Positions 1 through 10,588 of a stretch of DNA of 58,731 nucleotides are shown in pieces. Position numbers and translations under genes: made by a program. Source of the DNA: a virus (Duplodnaviria > Caudoviricetes); IMG/VR virus record IMGVR_UViG_3300037408_000723, positions 1-58,731 of that record; one strand, written 5' to 3'. The stretch's first letter is position 1, and every line of letters starts with the position of its first letter. Below the pieces are notes generated by a model. It was not told where the DNA came from. It saw only the letters and a program-made list of their open reading frames with translations, and searched no databases.

Positions 1-2397
1 CTGAATCAACGGCAAGTGGGTACGTAAGTACACACGCGGCGTTAACAAGCACCCACGGAGTAACTGGTAATATCGTTGGAACTAGCGATGGTCAAACTTT
101 AACAAATAAAACCATTAACGCTACTAATAACACAATTAGTAATTTAACAGTAAGTATGTTAGCAACCGGCGTTCTTGACACAGATTTATCATCTGTATCA
201 GGAAATGACGACACAATACCTTCTGCAAAAGCAGTAAAAGGTTATGTAGACGCTTATATACAAGGACTAGAGATTCACGCACCAGTAGAGGCTGCTACAA
301 CTGAAGAACTAAGTGTTACCCCTTCTGGAAGTCAGGCTGGTAAGACATTAACAGCTAATGCATCTGGAGCACTTGTTTTAGATGGGCAGGATCTTTTAGT
401 AGGCGAACGCGTATTAGTTAAAAATCAATCTAGCGCGGTTAATAACGGTGTATATACTGTAACTGTTGCTGGAGATGAGGAAACAGCGTTTGTATTAACA
501 AGAGCTACAGATTTTGATGGAACTCCAGATCAAGAAGTTCATAAAGGTGATTATGTTTTAGTAATAAATGGCACAACGCAAAAAAATACAGGCTGGGTAG
601 TTCAAGCATATGAAGATGACGATCCTGTCGCAGACACCGATCCAATATCTTTTGTACAATTTAATGGTGCATCTGGAATTACTGCAGGTACCGGTATTAA
701 TGTAACAGGAAATACTGTATCAGTTACAAATTTAACAGTATCACATTTAGCAACCGGTGTTCTTGACACAGACATCTCTACAACATCCGCTAATGATGAT
801 ACAATTCCTTCAGCAAAAGCAGCTAAGTCTTACACAGACTCGCAAAAAACAGCAGCTGAATCAACGGCAAGTGGGTACGTAAGTACACACGCGGCGTTAA
901 CAAGCACCCACGGAGTAACTGGTAATATCGTTGGAACATCTGATGGTCAAACTTTAACAAATAAAACCATTAACGCCACTAATAACACAATTAGCAATTT
1001 AACAGTAAGTATGTTAGCAACCGGCGTTCTTGACACAGATATTTCTACAACCTCGGAAAACGATGACACGGTTCCTTCCGCAAAAGCAGCTAAGTCTTAC
1101 ACAGACTCGCAAAAAACAGCAGCTGAATCAACGGCAAGTGGGTACGTAAGCACACACGCGGCGTTAACAAGCACCCACGGAGTAACTGGTAATATCGTTG
1201 GAACATCTGATGGTCAAACTTTAACAAATAAAGTTATAAGTACCTCTGAATTAAAGAATTACTCGGAGACCATATATTCAATAGGAAATGCGTCTGGGGC
1301 TACTACCGTAGATATAACAAACGGAAATGTTCAAACAATGACACTTACTGGGGATCCGATTCTAACATTCTCAAATCCAGCAGCTTCTGGAAAAAATTGC
1401 ACACTAACAGTCTACACTACACAAGATGGTAGTGGAAATCACACAATAACATGGCCAGGAACGGTTAACTGGGCAACTGGAGTGGCGGCCCAACCCGCAA
1501 CCGATGCCGGATCCGTGGATATATTTAGTTTCGTAACAAAGGATGCTGGCACAACTTGGTATGGATTCCATTCAACTCAGGTATCAAATCCAACCTTTGA
1601 AGACCTAAATGATGTTCAACTTAGCTCTTTAGATTCTGGTGATATAGCTATATATAGCGGTACTAATTGGGTAAATCAAACAATGTCTGGTGATGCGGCT
1701 ATAACATCCGCTGGGGCAGTTACTGTTTCTAAAATAGGTGGAAAAGATATAAGTTTGGGTGGCAGTTTGTCAACATCCGGCGCTTATTCTTTGGCACTTA
1801 CTGTAACAGAGGCAACTAGTGTAACATTACCAGCAACAGGGACGCTAGCAACAACCGCAAACGTAAGTACAGCACAGAGCGCCGCTGAATCAACGGCAAG
1901 TGGGTACGTAAGTACACACGCGGCGTTAACAAGCACCCACGGAGTAACTGGTAATATCGTTGGAACATCTGATGGTCAAACTTTAACAAATAAAACCATT
2001 AACGCTACTAACAACACAATTAGTAATTTAACAGTAAGTATGTTAGCAACCGGCGTTCTTGACACAGACATCTCTACAACCTCAGAAAACGACGACACAG
2101 TTCCTTCAGCAAAAGCAGCTAAATCTTACACAGACTCGCAAAAAACAGCAGCTGAATCAACGGCAAGTGGGTACGTAAGTACACACGCGGCGTTAACAAG
2201 CACCCACGGAGTAACTGGTAATATCGTTGGAACTAGCGATGGTCAAACTTTAACAAATAAAACCATTAACGCTACTAACAACACAATTAGTAATTTAACA
2301 GTAAGTATGTTAGCAACCGGCGTTCTTGACACAGACATCTCTACAACCTCAGAAAACGATGACACGGTTCCTTCTGCAAAAGCAGCTAAGTCTTACA
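1..2397 (+). repeat. 267-bp (89-aa) near-identical intragenic repeats
   Basis: CTGAATCAACGGCAAGTGGGTACGTAAG starts at 1, 856, 1123 (partial copy), 1885 and 2152. The 856/1123 and 1885/2152 pairs are each 267 bp apart. A half copy lies at about 727-855. Confidence 0.95.
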
Positions 2398-3119
2398 TTG
2401 ACTCTAAAGTAACCGGATTCTCCACAACAGGTGGGGTAACTACAATAAGTAATGATGTTGTAATGTCCGGAGATCTTACCGTTCAAGGAACTGTAACAAC
2501 AGTAAACTCTGAAGAGGTGTTCTTAGCTGATTCAGTACTGCAACTTAATTCCAATATAACAAATGACTCATCTAATGCAAGTGGTGGAATAGAGGTAAAA
2601 TTGCTAGATGATGAATCTGTGGCAAGCAGAGCTATACAATCAATAACAGTGTCAACACATACTATAGTGTTAGCAAATTCAAGTCACGGTTTAGTAGCAG
2701 GAAACTTTATACAAGTGTCCGGTACAGATGACAATGATGGTTATTATAAAATAGCAAGTGTGTCTGATACAGACATCGTTGTTGATGATACTTATAAAGA
2801 TGTTACAGCAGACCAATCATCACCGGATGGAACAGTTGGAAAAGCCATAAACGCTATACTTGAATGGGATAATACAAATAGTAACTGGGTGGCCGGAACA
2901 TTAGGAAATACTAAAGCAATAGCGCGTAGATATGATCATCCGCAAGGATCCGCTAATACAACTTGGACTATTACGCATAATTTAGGAGTAACAAATGTAA
3001 TAGTTCGTGCATTCGATGGAAGCGGTAATGAAATTGATTGTACCAAGGTAGTTAGTCTTAATCAAGTAGTGTTAACGTTCACAGTTGCACAATCAGGATC
3101 GGCAATAGTTTTAGGTTAA
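3..3119 (+). CDS. Repeat-rich virion fibre protein, 5'-truncated by the window (possibly a head fibre)
   Basis: Frame is open from base 3 (ESTASGYVSTH...), so ATG 156 is internal. Contains 89-aa repeats and fibre-type domains (RVLVKNQ..NGVY..LTRATDFD; TQDGSGNHTITWP). Lies upstream of the neck genes. Confidence 0.8.
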   Translation, partial: ESTASGYVSTHAALTSTHGVTGNIVGTSDGQTLTNKTINATNNTISNLTVSMLATGVLDTDLSSVSGNDDTIPSAKAVKGYVDAYIQGLEIHAPVEAATTEELSVTPSGSQAGKTLTANASGALVLDGQDLLVGERVLVKNQSSAVNNGVYTVTVAGDEETAFVLTRATDFDGTPDQEVHKGDYVLVINGTTQKNTGWVVQAYEDDDPVADTDPISFVQFNGASGITAGTGINVTGNTVSVTNLTVSHLATGVLDTDISTTSANDDTIPSAKAAKSYTDSQKTAAESTASGYVSTHAALTSTHGVTGNIVGTSDGQTLTNKTINATNNTISNLTVSMLATGVLDTDISTTSENDDTVPSAKAAKSYTDSQKTAAESTASGYVSTHAALTSTHGVTGNIVGTSDGQTLTNKVISTSELKNYSETIYSIGNASGATTVDITNGNVQTMTLTGDPILTFSNPAASGKNCTLTVYTTQDGSGNHTITWPGTVNWATGVAAQPATDAGSVDIFSFVTKDAGTTWYGFHSTQVSNPTFEDLNDVQLSSLDSGDIAIYSGTNWVNQTMSGDAAITSAGAVTVSKIGGKDISLGGSLSTSGAYSLALTVTEATSVTLPATGTLATTANVSTAQSAAESTASGYVSTHAALTSTHGVTGNIVGTSDGQTLTNKTINATNNTISNLTVSMLATGVLDTDISTTSENDDTVPSAKAAKSYTDSQKTAAESTASGYVSTHAALTSTHGVTGNIVGTSDGQTLTNKTINATNNTISNLTVSMLATGVLDTDISTTSENDDTVPSAKAAKSYIDSKVTGFSTTGGVTTISNDVVMSGDLTVQGTVTTVNSEEVFLADSVLQLNSNITNDSSNASGGIEVKLLDDESVASRAIQSITVSTHTIVLANSSHGLVAGNFIQVSGTDDNDGYYKIASVSDTDIVVDDTYKDVTADQSSPDGTVGKAINAILEWDNTNSNWVAGTLGNTKAIARRYDHPQGSANTTWTITHNLGVTNVIVRAFDGSGNEIDCTKVVSLNQVVLTFTVAQSGSAIVLG

Positions 3120-3127
3120 ATAACTAT

Positions 3128-3150
3128 AGGAGGGGGGAAACCCCCTCCTT
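3128..3150 (+). terminator. GC-rich hairpin with GAAA tetraloop (leaky terminator or mRNA stabiliser)
   Basis: AGGAGGGGG-GAAA-CCCCCTCCT just after the stop codon, followed by only a very short T run. Confidence 0.65.
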
Positions 3151-3161
3151 AAGAGGATTAT

Positions 3162-3671
3162 ATGAAGTTTTTTCAAAAAGGAAAGATAGCTTATATCCAA
3201 TTTATGCCGTTAGATTCTAACGGTTCTCGCCTATCTGGACTTCAAACAGGTTATGTAGTATTAAAAATAATACGAAATATAGATAATAGGTTTTATGATT
3301 TTTCTACAAATACTTTCGTAGAAACCGGAGGAGTAACAGAAGGAAATTTAATAGAAATAGGTACCACTGGAATATATCAATATGCTTTTAATACTGAAAC
3401 AGACCCAATGAGTTCAGATTTTTATACTATATTGATGGCTATAAAGTACCCATTCGATGGGTCTGTGTTGGAGGAGTTATCCGCATTTGAAGTAAATTTA
3501 GATGATATAAAAGGATTGGGGTGGGATTCCGCAAACCCAAAACCCACATTAATGAATTTAGCAAATAAGGATTATTTAGAACCAGGATTTAACCCTGTGA
3601 TACATAGTCTTCAAGCTATATCACAAATAAGTACAACAGACGATGATGATTATGATGCAGCACCCTGCTAA
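3162..3671 (+). CDS. Hypothetical virion protein
   Basis: RBS AGAGGA, beta-rich sequence (EIGTTGIYQYAF), structural context. Confidence 0.6.
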   Translation: MKFFQKGKIAYIQFMPLDSNGSRLSGLQTGYVVLKIIRNIDNRFYDFSTNTFVETGGVTEGNLIEIGTTGIYQYAFNTETDPMSSDFYTILMAIKYPFDGSVLEELSAFEVNLDDIKGLGWDSANPKPTLMNLANKDYLEPGFNPVIHSLQAISQISTTDDDDYDAAPC

Positions 3672-3683
3672 TGAGGTACTAAA

Positions 3684-4781
3684 ATGGCTGTAACAAGATA
3701 TAACGCGGTTATTAATCAAGAGATTGAGTTAGGGATGCATTTTATAAGATCAGGTGTATCTTATGATCCATACAAAATACATAAAGTAGAGATACTAGAT
3801 TCTAAAACACTAAATATTTTAGAAACTATAACAACTATAACAAGGGAAGATACTGGCTGCTACAATATATTAGCCAGTAAGAATATAAATTGGAATATAC
3901 TACCAAGAACAGTTATAGATAAGTGGTATTATTCTCCAACATCAAATAGTTCTGTACTAACAGATGAAAGTAATACTGTAATAATGTCAATATCTGTTGG
4001 TGACAGTGGGTTACCAACACCCCTAGATATAAGAACAAAGTATTTATATGGTTTAAATTTAACAGATTCTTTCGGAGAATCTATGGGTGATGATACTATT
4101 CAATATTATATAGACGCAGCAGTAGAGGAGCTAGAAAAAGAAATATCTATAGATATAAAGCCGAGAAAAGTTATAAGTAATGCCACAGCAGAAGAAGTAT
4201 GTGATATAAGCGAGCCAGCATATGATTTTTATGTAAACGATTATGCAAATTTTGCTTATACAAAGCTATTTAGAAGACCGGTAAAGTCTATAGATAAGGT
4301 AGAAATAATATATCCAACAGGTCAAAAGGTTTTGGATATAGACCCTCGATGGATAAAACTATATCGAAGACAGGGTATATTCCAGTTAGTCCCAACATAT
4401 GGAACATACTCAACAATATTGATAGGTAAAAATGGTCCTTTGTTCCCGCTTTTATCCGCATCATTTTTTCCAAGTATGCCACAAATGCTACATGTAGACT
4501 ATACTACTGGGTTCGACATACAGGAATTTCCAAGAGATCTACATATGGCCATAGGAAAAAGAGCTGCGATAGAAATATTAACAGTAATGTCCGACGCAAT
4601 AGCTCAAGGAATATCTAATAGTAATATACACGCCGACGGACTTACATTATCTATGTCTAGAACAAATTCCATAAATGCGGTATTATTTCAGGGACGTATT
4701 GACACTTATAACAAATGGTTAGATAGGTATCTTAAAAATGCGCGAGACTATTTCTATGGAGTTGGTCTAGAGATAGTATGA
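3684..4781 (+). CDS. Head-tail adaptor (neck) protein with extra N-terminal domain
   Basis: YIDAAVEELEKEISIDIKP, KLFRRPVKSIDKV and HVDYTTGF resemble SPO1/Twort-type adaptors. RBS GAGG. Confidence 0.7.
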   Translation: MAVTRYNAVINQEIELGMHFIRSGVSYDPYKIHKVEILDSKTLNILETITTITREDTGCYNILASKNINWNILPRTVIDKWYYSPTSNSSVLTDESNTVIMSISVGDSGLPTPLDIRTKYLYGLNLTDSFGESMGDDTIQYYIDAAVEELEKEISIDIKPRKVISNATAEEVCDISEPAYDFYVNDYANFAYTKLFRRPVKSIDKVEIIYPTGQKVLDIDPRWIKLYRRQGIFQLVPTYGTYSTILIGKNGPLFPLLSASFFPSMPQMLHVDYTTGFDIQEFPRDLHMAIGKRAAIEILTVMSDAIAQGISNSNIHADGLTLSMSRTNSINAVLFQGRIDTYNKWLDRYLKNARDYFYGVGLEIV

Positions 4782-4790
4782 GGTTATCAT

Positions 4791-5213
4791 ATGCTTAAAG
4801 TAGCTTTTTATGAAGGAATTTATGGCGGTGTATCAGACTGGCTAATAATGCTTAGAACACTCGGGGCATATTCCCATGTAGAGTTAGTATTTAGTGATGG
4901 GGTATCTTTTTCAAGTAGTGCTGCGGATGGCGGTGTAAGATTTAAAAATATAGATTATTCTGATGAATATAGGTGGACTTTTATCCCATTAAATGTAACT
5001 AAAGAAGTAGAGAGTATAATAAGGGAGACATGTAATAAAGAGGTTGGAAAGCCTTATGATTGGGTAGGAATACTATTTGACCAATTGTTTAAATTTAATA
5101 CTCAAGACAATAACGCATGGTGGTGTTCTGAACTAATAGGCTATGTTCTTGGGTACAAAAGATATAGGGTTAGTCCAAGTACGTTATTTAGAATGGTGAA
5201 TTCGGATAAATAA
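4791..5213 (+). CDS. Permuted papain-like NlpC/P60 (YaeF/YiiX-like) hydrolase
   Basis: YSHVELV...GKPYDW...WWCSELI, with the His preceding the Cys. Confidence 0.8.
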   Translation: MLKVAFYEGIYGGVSDWLIMLRTLGAYSHVELVFSDGVSFSSSAADGGVRFKNIDYSDEYRWTFIPLNVTKEVESIIRETCNKEVGKPYDWVGILFDQLFKFNTQDNNAWWCSELIGYVLGYKRYRVSPSTLFRMVNSDK

Positions 5214-6313
5214 TGCAAACTTTTAATTTTAATCATTATGAATATACCAAATTTAAAACGTGGCCATTCGAGAATCTAATAGAGTCTAATGGTCAACCGG
5301 TTAAATGGGAAAAGGCCTTGAAATGTTCATGCTATAACACACAATTTTCTGCCCCTGACCATAAATGTAGTATATGCCACGGTCTTGGATATACATATCA
5401 CGCACCATCCGGATCTATTATATATAAAGAACAAGCCGTAGTATTAGATATAAATAGGATACGTATAAGGTATATCCCAGAGGAAGTGGTTAAAGTATAT
5501 AATTTAAGAACCTCGCAGGTATTTAATATAGATCATATAGATGGCAGAGATATAGTGCTACAGGAAACTACTATTAGAAATACTCAAGGAATTTTTGTTG
5601 ACTATTATAAAAAAATATCCTTTCAAAGAGACGAAGTACTTAAACCATGTGATAATTTAGACGAAATAAAAGTATCTAGCAGCCCCATACTTTCTATATC
5701 CTTTATAGTAAATGCTGATACAAATCAGCCGTTGGAGTATGACTATTTCACAGATAATTTTATAAAGCTATCAGAGCAACAGTCTCCTGGCTCTAATATA
5801 AGGGTTGTGTATATTTATAGTGCCCCTATAAAAATGTTAATAACTGAGCAAATAGAAAATATGCAGTTTAAGGGGGCAGGTGATATTATTGAGGGTAACG
5901 CTCAGTTAACATTTATGTACTATTATGATTTAGGAATGCGGGATAAGATAACTGTGTTGACCAACAACTCCTCTACAAGGTATACAGAGATGTTAAAAAG
6001 GGGTAATGATAAGTTAAAAGTAGATCAAATTATAAAGATAATAGAAGTAAGGGATAATAATAGAGTATATAAAGAGGGGGTCGATTTTGTGTTTAGCGGG
6101 GTACACGGGATACGCTGGCTAAATACTGGGGTAGGCCCGAATAATGGAGATATATATACTGTGATGTATTTAGCAAGAAAAACGTATATAGTATTTCAAG
6201 AACTTTGGCAGGACAGACATCATGGTGAAATAATGTTACCGAGGCGTCTTACTGCAAAAAGGTTAGATAAGATAAACTTTTATAAAGACACACCTTATCC
6301 ACAGGGCAGCTAA
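5213..6313 (+). CDS. Head-closure/neck protein
   Basis: VKWEKALKCSC...CSICHGLGY zinc motif and LGMRDKITV; position between adaptor and sheath. Confidence 0.65.
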   Translation: MQTFNFNHYEYTKFKTWPFENLIESNGQPVKWEKALKCSCYNTQFSAPDHKCSICHGLGYTYHAPSGSIIYKEQAVVLDINRIRIRYIPEEVVKVYNLRTSQVFNIDHIDGRDIVLQETTIRNTQGIFVDYYKKISFQRDEVLKPCDNLDEIKVSSSPILSISFIVNADTNQPLEYDYFTDNFIKLSEQQSPGSNIRVVYIYSAPIKMLITEQIENMQFKGAGDIIEGNAQLTFMYYYDLGMRDKITVLTNNSSTRYTEMLKRGNDKLKVDQIIKIIEVRDNNRVYKEGVDFVFSGVHGIRWLNTGVGPNNGDIYTVMYLARKTYIVFQELWQDRHHGEIMLPRRLTAKRLDKINFYKDTPYPQGS

Positions 6314-6315
6314 CC

Positions 6316-7032
6316 GTGTCAAAAATGTCTACCTTAAAAGGTATAAAAAATTCTTTAGATAAAAATATAAAACTTTACCGAATAAGAACGGCTGGAGATA
6401 ACCGGGTGTGTGATACATGTGGAGGGTTGACCTCCATTATATGGACGCAGTATAATAGGCCCGCACTACCAATACATCCGAATTGCAGGTGTGAATATGA
6501 CGTAGTGACAACTAAGTCCATTATTGAATCATCTTCATTTATAGTATCCGATGAAGAAAGCTTTTTAAATCACATATTATATAAAACTAAGTCCGGGAGA
6601 AATGTTACAATAGGAACGGATAAGAGAATAAAAAGATATGAAAGTGTTTCAGATGATTCTGTTATGAATGACTCTTATGACCCCTCAGAGGATAAGTACT
6701 TATCTATAGATTTTAGAAAAAAAGATGCCGAATCCCCTAGTGGATACGGGACTAGATTAAGAACTATTAGGTCATTAAAAAGATCCTATCAAAGGTATAC
6801 CCATATGCTAGAAGAAATAGAGGAGTATAAAAAACCTAAAAGAGGGGTAAGAAAATCTTTAAATACGAGACCGATAATAAATGCTATTACAAGAAAACCA
6901 ATACTAGGGACTTCGAGTAAGATAGAAAAATATTTAAATACAGACGAAGGTATTAATAAAGTAAGGGTTATAAAAAATTTTATTTCTGAATACGATAATA
7001 TACTTTCTAAAATAAATAATGTGCGGAGATAA
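6316..7032 (+). CDS. Neck-region protein with an N-terminal MuF-like Cys motif
   Basis: TAGDNRVCDTC...LPIHPNCRC; GTG start (alternative ATG at 6325). Confidence 0.55.
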   Translation: MSKMSTLKGIKNSLDKNIKLYRIRTAGDNRVCDTCGGLTSIIWTQYNRPALPIHPNCRCEYDVVTTKSIIESSSFIVSDEESFLNHILYKTKSGRNVTIGTDKRIKRYESVSDDSVMNDSYDPSEDKYLSIDFRKKDAESPSGYGTRLRTIRSLKRSYQRYTHMLEEIEEYKKPKRGVRKSLNTRPIINAITRKPILGTSSKIEKYLNTDEGINKVRVIKNFISEYDNILSKINNVRR

Positions 7033-7034
7033 TA

Positions 7035-7697
7035 ATGAGCTTGAGTAATTATAATTTTTATTATTTGAATATGAAAAAGCAACTTCATACCATGTTTACA
7101 GATGGTTTTAATGAGCTAAATTCAGAAGATACATTCGGTCAATATAAAGTAAAAGTTACTATGTACGATCCTATGCTAATGGACATTGGTTCATTTGGAT
7201 CAGAGATTCCGTGTGTAACAATAGCAAGAATAAATAAAGTAGAGTCAAACCAGTTTATAGGGGAAGATATAACTGAAAATGATAATATAGAGAACAGAGT
7301 TCTTGGACGTTATTATAATGACATATTCGAGCTACGTGTGTGGGCACCAACACCTCTTTTGAGAGAAGATATATATGAATCTGTATTAAAAATATTACTT
7401 ACCCAGCAGGACAGATATTTAAAAAACAATCCAATAAAAGATATAAATGGGGAAGATCAATACCCTTACGGAGAGGATTATTCCGCGGGTATTATAATGA
7501 GGATAACCGGTGCTGTAGATGAACAGGATCCAGATTTTTTAGACGGACATCCTATGTTTTTTACCACAATACAAATATCTATATTGAACCCCGTTATGTG
7601 GCAAGATAACACTGTATATGGAAAATATAGTGAATTACCTGTAATTGGTAATGATGTAGAGCTTAGAAATAAAATCATAGTTGACAATAATATATAG
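7035..7697 (+). CDS. Putative tail terminator/completion protein
   Basis: Position before the sheath; IPCVTIAR...FELRVWAPTPLLREDIY pattern. Confidence 0.55.
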   Translation: MSLSNYNFYYLNMKKQLHTMFTDGFNELNSEDTFGQYKVKVTMYDPMLMDIGSFGSEIPCVTIARINKVESNQFIGEDITENDNIENRVLGRYYNDIFELRVWAPTPLLREDIYESVLKILLTQQDRYLKNNPIKDINGEDQYPYGEDYSAGIIMRITGAVDEQDPDFLDGHPMFFTTIQISILNPVMWQDNTVYGKYSELPVIGNDVELRNKIIVDNNI

Positions 7698-7744
7698 ATA
7701 ATTTAAACCATAATTAAAATGGATTAATATAAGCAGGAGCTTGT

Positions 7745-7993
7745 ATGACTAGAAGAACGAAGAAAAAGCAGAAAGCAGAAAAACCATCTCAAGAGTTAAT
7801 AAGCCTTCCAGAAGTAAAGTTGTTACTTAATAGCACTGTTACAGATATGTTAATAGATAATTTATATAAAATGTATGTTGATATGCGAACGTATAAAACA
7901 ATTGAAGAGTGGCTTTATGTGATAGAGATGTATAAGAAAAGACCGATGAATAAAAATTTCATAGATTTCTTGAATACTCACGGGAGGAAATAA
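7745..7993 (+). CDS. Small hypothetical protein
   Basis: RBS AGGAG; directly precedes the sheath gene. Confidence 0.6.
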   Translation: MTRRTKKKQKAEKPSQELISLPEVKLLLNSTVTDMLIDNLYKMYVDMRTYKTIEEWLYVIEMYKKRPMNKNFIDFLNTHGRK

Positions 7994-7994
7994 G

Positions 7995-10049
7995 ATGAGT
8001 GCAAAAATAAATGGTATACGTGTTGTTAAGCCACAGGCTATTGGGTTGGCTGATACAAACTATACAACATCTAATAATGGGGTTGGGGGATACCGTATGT
8101 GTATCCTTGGTACGTCGCAAGGTGGGGAACCTCAAAAGTTAATGAGATTTAAAAGCCCGATAGTCGCCGCCTCTGTTTTAAAGGGAGGAGATTTATTAAC
8201 GGCAGCGAATCTCGCATGGAATCCGTCGATAGATCGAAGGGGGGCGTCTGATATTTTTGCTATAAGGGTAAATCAGGCGACGCAGTCCGGGACGACTATA
8301 AAAGCGAGCGGTACCACAGACTCTTTGATAAGTGTAACCTCTTTGGATTATGGTATATGGAATAACAAAATTAAAATTAATGTGACAGATGCTACCTCTA
8401 AAAAATTCGTGTGTAATAGTGATGATATACCGACATTAAACGTAACAGAAGTATCAGATAATGCCGCAATAGGAAGTTATCGTCTATTTTATTCACAATC
8501 CGATGATAAATTAGTTGTTAAAGATAGTTCTGGTACAACTCCTATTGGAACAGCCGTTTCTGCGAATTCTTCTGGAATAGCTACAGTACAAGTAACGGAC
8601 ACGTCCTCTGGGGTTACTGCTACAATAAAGGTAACATATACATATTCCGTTTTGGCAGCACAAACAGGTGATTGTTATATACCATTTTCTATTGAACCAC
8701 AGGGAGTGAACTATAAAGAAACGTATATGACAAATACACCATCAATAAAGAAAAATTTAGGTTCTTTATTTAGTATACGGTATACTGGATCCGCCGCCTC
8801 TTGTGTGATGACAATTAATACAGACACAAATGATGGAACAAAAACACTAGTAACTTTATTAGGTTCCGGGTCTACAGATTCTCCCTTAGATATTGACCTA
8901 TTGGATGCACAATTTGATACTATAGTAGAGCTAGTAAATTTTATAAATTCTAATACAAATTATATAGCATCAATATCCTCAAATCTTGCAGATGTAAATT
9001 TTCCGGCGAGTGAAATAGATGATATTACGACACAAAATATAAAAGATATGGACTTTATTGTAACAGCAAACTCCTACGCTTTAATTGAGTATGTAAATGC
9101 AAACTCCGTGTATGTATCTATGACAATTGCCGACGGTGTAACAAACACCTCCTTAAAACCAAAGACGTCAGCAAGCGATATGTTTTTAACTGGTGGGTCA
9201 GATGGATCTTCTGATACAAGTGCGTGGGTATCCGCCCTAGCCGTGTTAGCATCAGAGGACATAGATATTATTGTTCCTTTAACAACGGATGAGAATATTT
9301 TAAGTATGGTAGTTTCTCAGGTTAATACTTTTAAAGATACTACTAAAGTACGTAGGGTATATATGGGGTGCAAGTCTTATACATCTGATTCAGATATTGC
9401 AACAACTGTTCGAGGATTACAATCACGAAATGCTATGTTTATTCCACAAGCTATTAAAGTTAGAGACTATAAAGGTACCGCTAAGTGGTTAGATGCTTGT
9501 TTTGCTGCCGCTATGGTTGCGGGAATGGTATCTGGTAGTCAGAGTTTGCCCAGATCAACAACATACTCTTATTTGAATGTTTTAGATGTCGATATTAAAG
9601 ATCATGACATAGATTATCTTATTGACTCTGGAACGTGCCCTATTGAGCTAGAAACGAATGTTGGGTTTAGATTAACTATTGATCGAACAACATATTTATT
9701 GGACGAAAAGATAGAAAATTTTAAAGATAGTGTATCTAGAATTGTTAATTATATTATGAAAGATTCTACGAAGGGTTTAGAGAAACAGTTTATAGGAAGT
9801 TCAGCCACACCAGCCTCTGTAACAGCTATTAGAACATATTATGAAAGCTTATTACGTATTTATGAATCAAACGGTCTCATAACGTCCGGAGCACATCCAG
9901 ATACCGGATTAGCCCAACCCGCTTTTAGAAACGTTAAAATATATGTAATAAATGGTATATGTTATGTACAAGCGGAGGTATCCCCTGTTGACACTATTTA
10001 TTATATAAGCAATACCGTGTCGTTTAGACCGACAACTATAATAGGTTAA
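7995..10049 (+). CDS. Tail sheath protein
   Basis: GTSQGGEP, LKGGDLLTAANLAWNP, FLTGGSDG and C-terminal EVSPVDTIYYI. Confidence 0.92.
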   Translation: MSAKINGIRVVKPQAIGLADTNYTTSNNGVGGYRMCILGTSQGGEPQKLMRFKSPIVAASVLKGGDLLTAANLAWNPSIDRRGASDIFAIRVNQATQSGTTIKASGTTDSLISVTSLDYGIWNNKIKINVTDATSKKFVCNSDDIPTLNVTEVSDNAAIGSYRLFYSQSDDKLVVKDSSGTTPIGTAVSANSSGIATVQVTDTSSGVTATIKVTYTYSVLAAQTGDCYIPFSIEPQGVNYKETYMTNTPSIKKNLGSLFSIRYTGSAASCVMTINTDTNDGTKTLVTLLGSGSTDSPLDIDLLDAQFDTIVELVNFINSNTNYIASISSNLADVNFPASEIDDITTQNIKDMDFIVTANSYALIEYVNANSVYVSMTIADGVTNTSLKPKTSASDMFLTGGSDGSSDTSAWVSALAVLASEDIDIIVPLTTDENILSMVVSQVNTFKDTTKVRRVYMGCKSYTSDSDIATTVRGLQSRNAMFIPQAIKVRDYKGTAKWLDACFAAAMVAGMVSGSQSLPRSTTYSYLNVLDVDIKDHDIDYLIDSGTCPIELETNVGFRLTIDRTTYLLDEKIENFKDSVSRIVNYIMKDSTKGLEKQFIGSSATPASVTAIRTYYESLLRIYESNGLITSGAHPDTGLAQPAFRNVKIYVINGICYVQAEVSPVDTIYYISNTVSFRPTTIIG

Positions 10050-10062
10050 TTAGGAGAGATAT

Positions 10063-10545
10063 ATGGCCACTTTACAAAATCAAAAATCGCATAGCTCTGG
10101 ATCTGTTGCTATACAGCTTGGCGGTAAAACTATAGGTATAGGAAATTCTGCGAGATCTACGGAAACGTGGGAAATTCAGACAGTACAAAAAGGTATTGGA
10201 AGCATAGAGCCACTTGAACATGTACCAACAAATTGGTCTTGTACGATAGAGATAGATAAGTTTTATATGAGAAAAAAATCGTTAGTAGACTTGAATATAG
10301 TTCCAGAATTTACAGACATTCTAAAATTTCCGCTAATTGATATAGTATTTCTTGACGTAGGGGATAGCGATACCGGGTTTTTAACATATTCCGGATGCAC
10401 TCTTCAAACAAGGTCTTTAAATATATCGCATAATGCCATTATGGGCGAATCAGCAACTTGGTTGTGTTTACAGTGTAATACTGATACAGCTACCGCAGCC
10501 ACTCAGGGGTATACGAATACTGGAACAACATTTTTTGATCAATAA
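10063..10545 (+). CDS. Tail tube protein
   Basis: Follows the sheath; GIGSIEPLEHVP, TYSGCTL and HNAIMGESATWL match the Herelleviridae-type tube. Confidence 0.85.
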   Translation: MATLQNQKSHSSGSVAIQLGGKTIGIGNSARSTETWEIQTVQKGIGSIEPLEHVPTNWSCTIEIDKFYMRKKSLVDLNIVPEFTDILKFPLIDIVFLDVGDSDTGFLTYSGCTLQTRSLNISHNAIMGESATWLCLQCNTDTATAATQGYTNTGTTFFDQ

Positions 10546-10588
10546 TAAATAAGTAAAATAACCCATACTATATACGAAGGGGTAATTT

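Noticed and set aside
7681-7714. Host sigma70 promoter from TTGACA at 7681
   Set aside because: No TATAAT-like hexamer at 16-18 nt spacing; CATAAT is 22 nt away.
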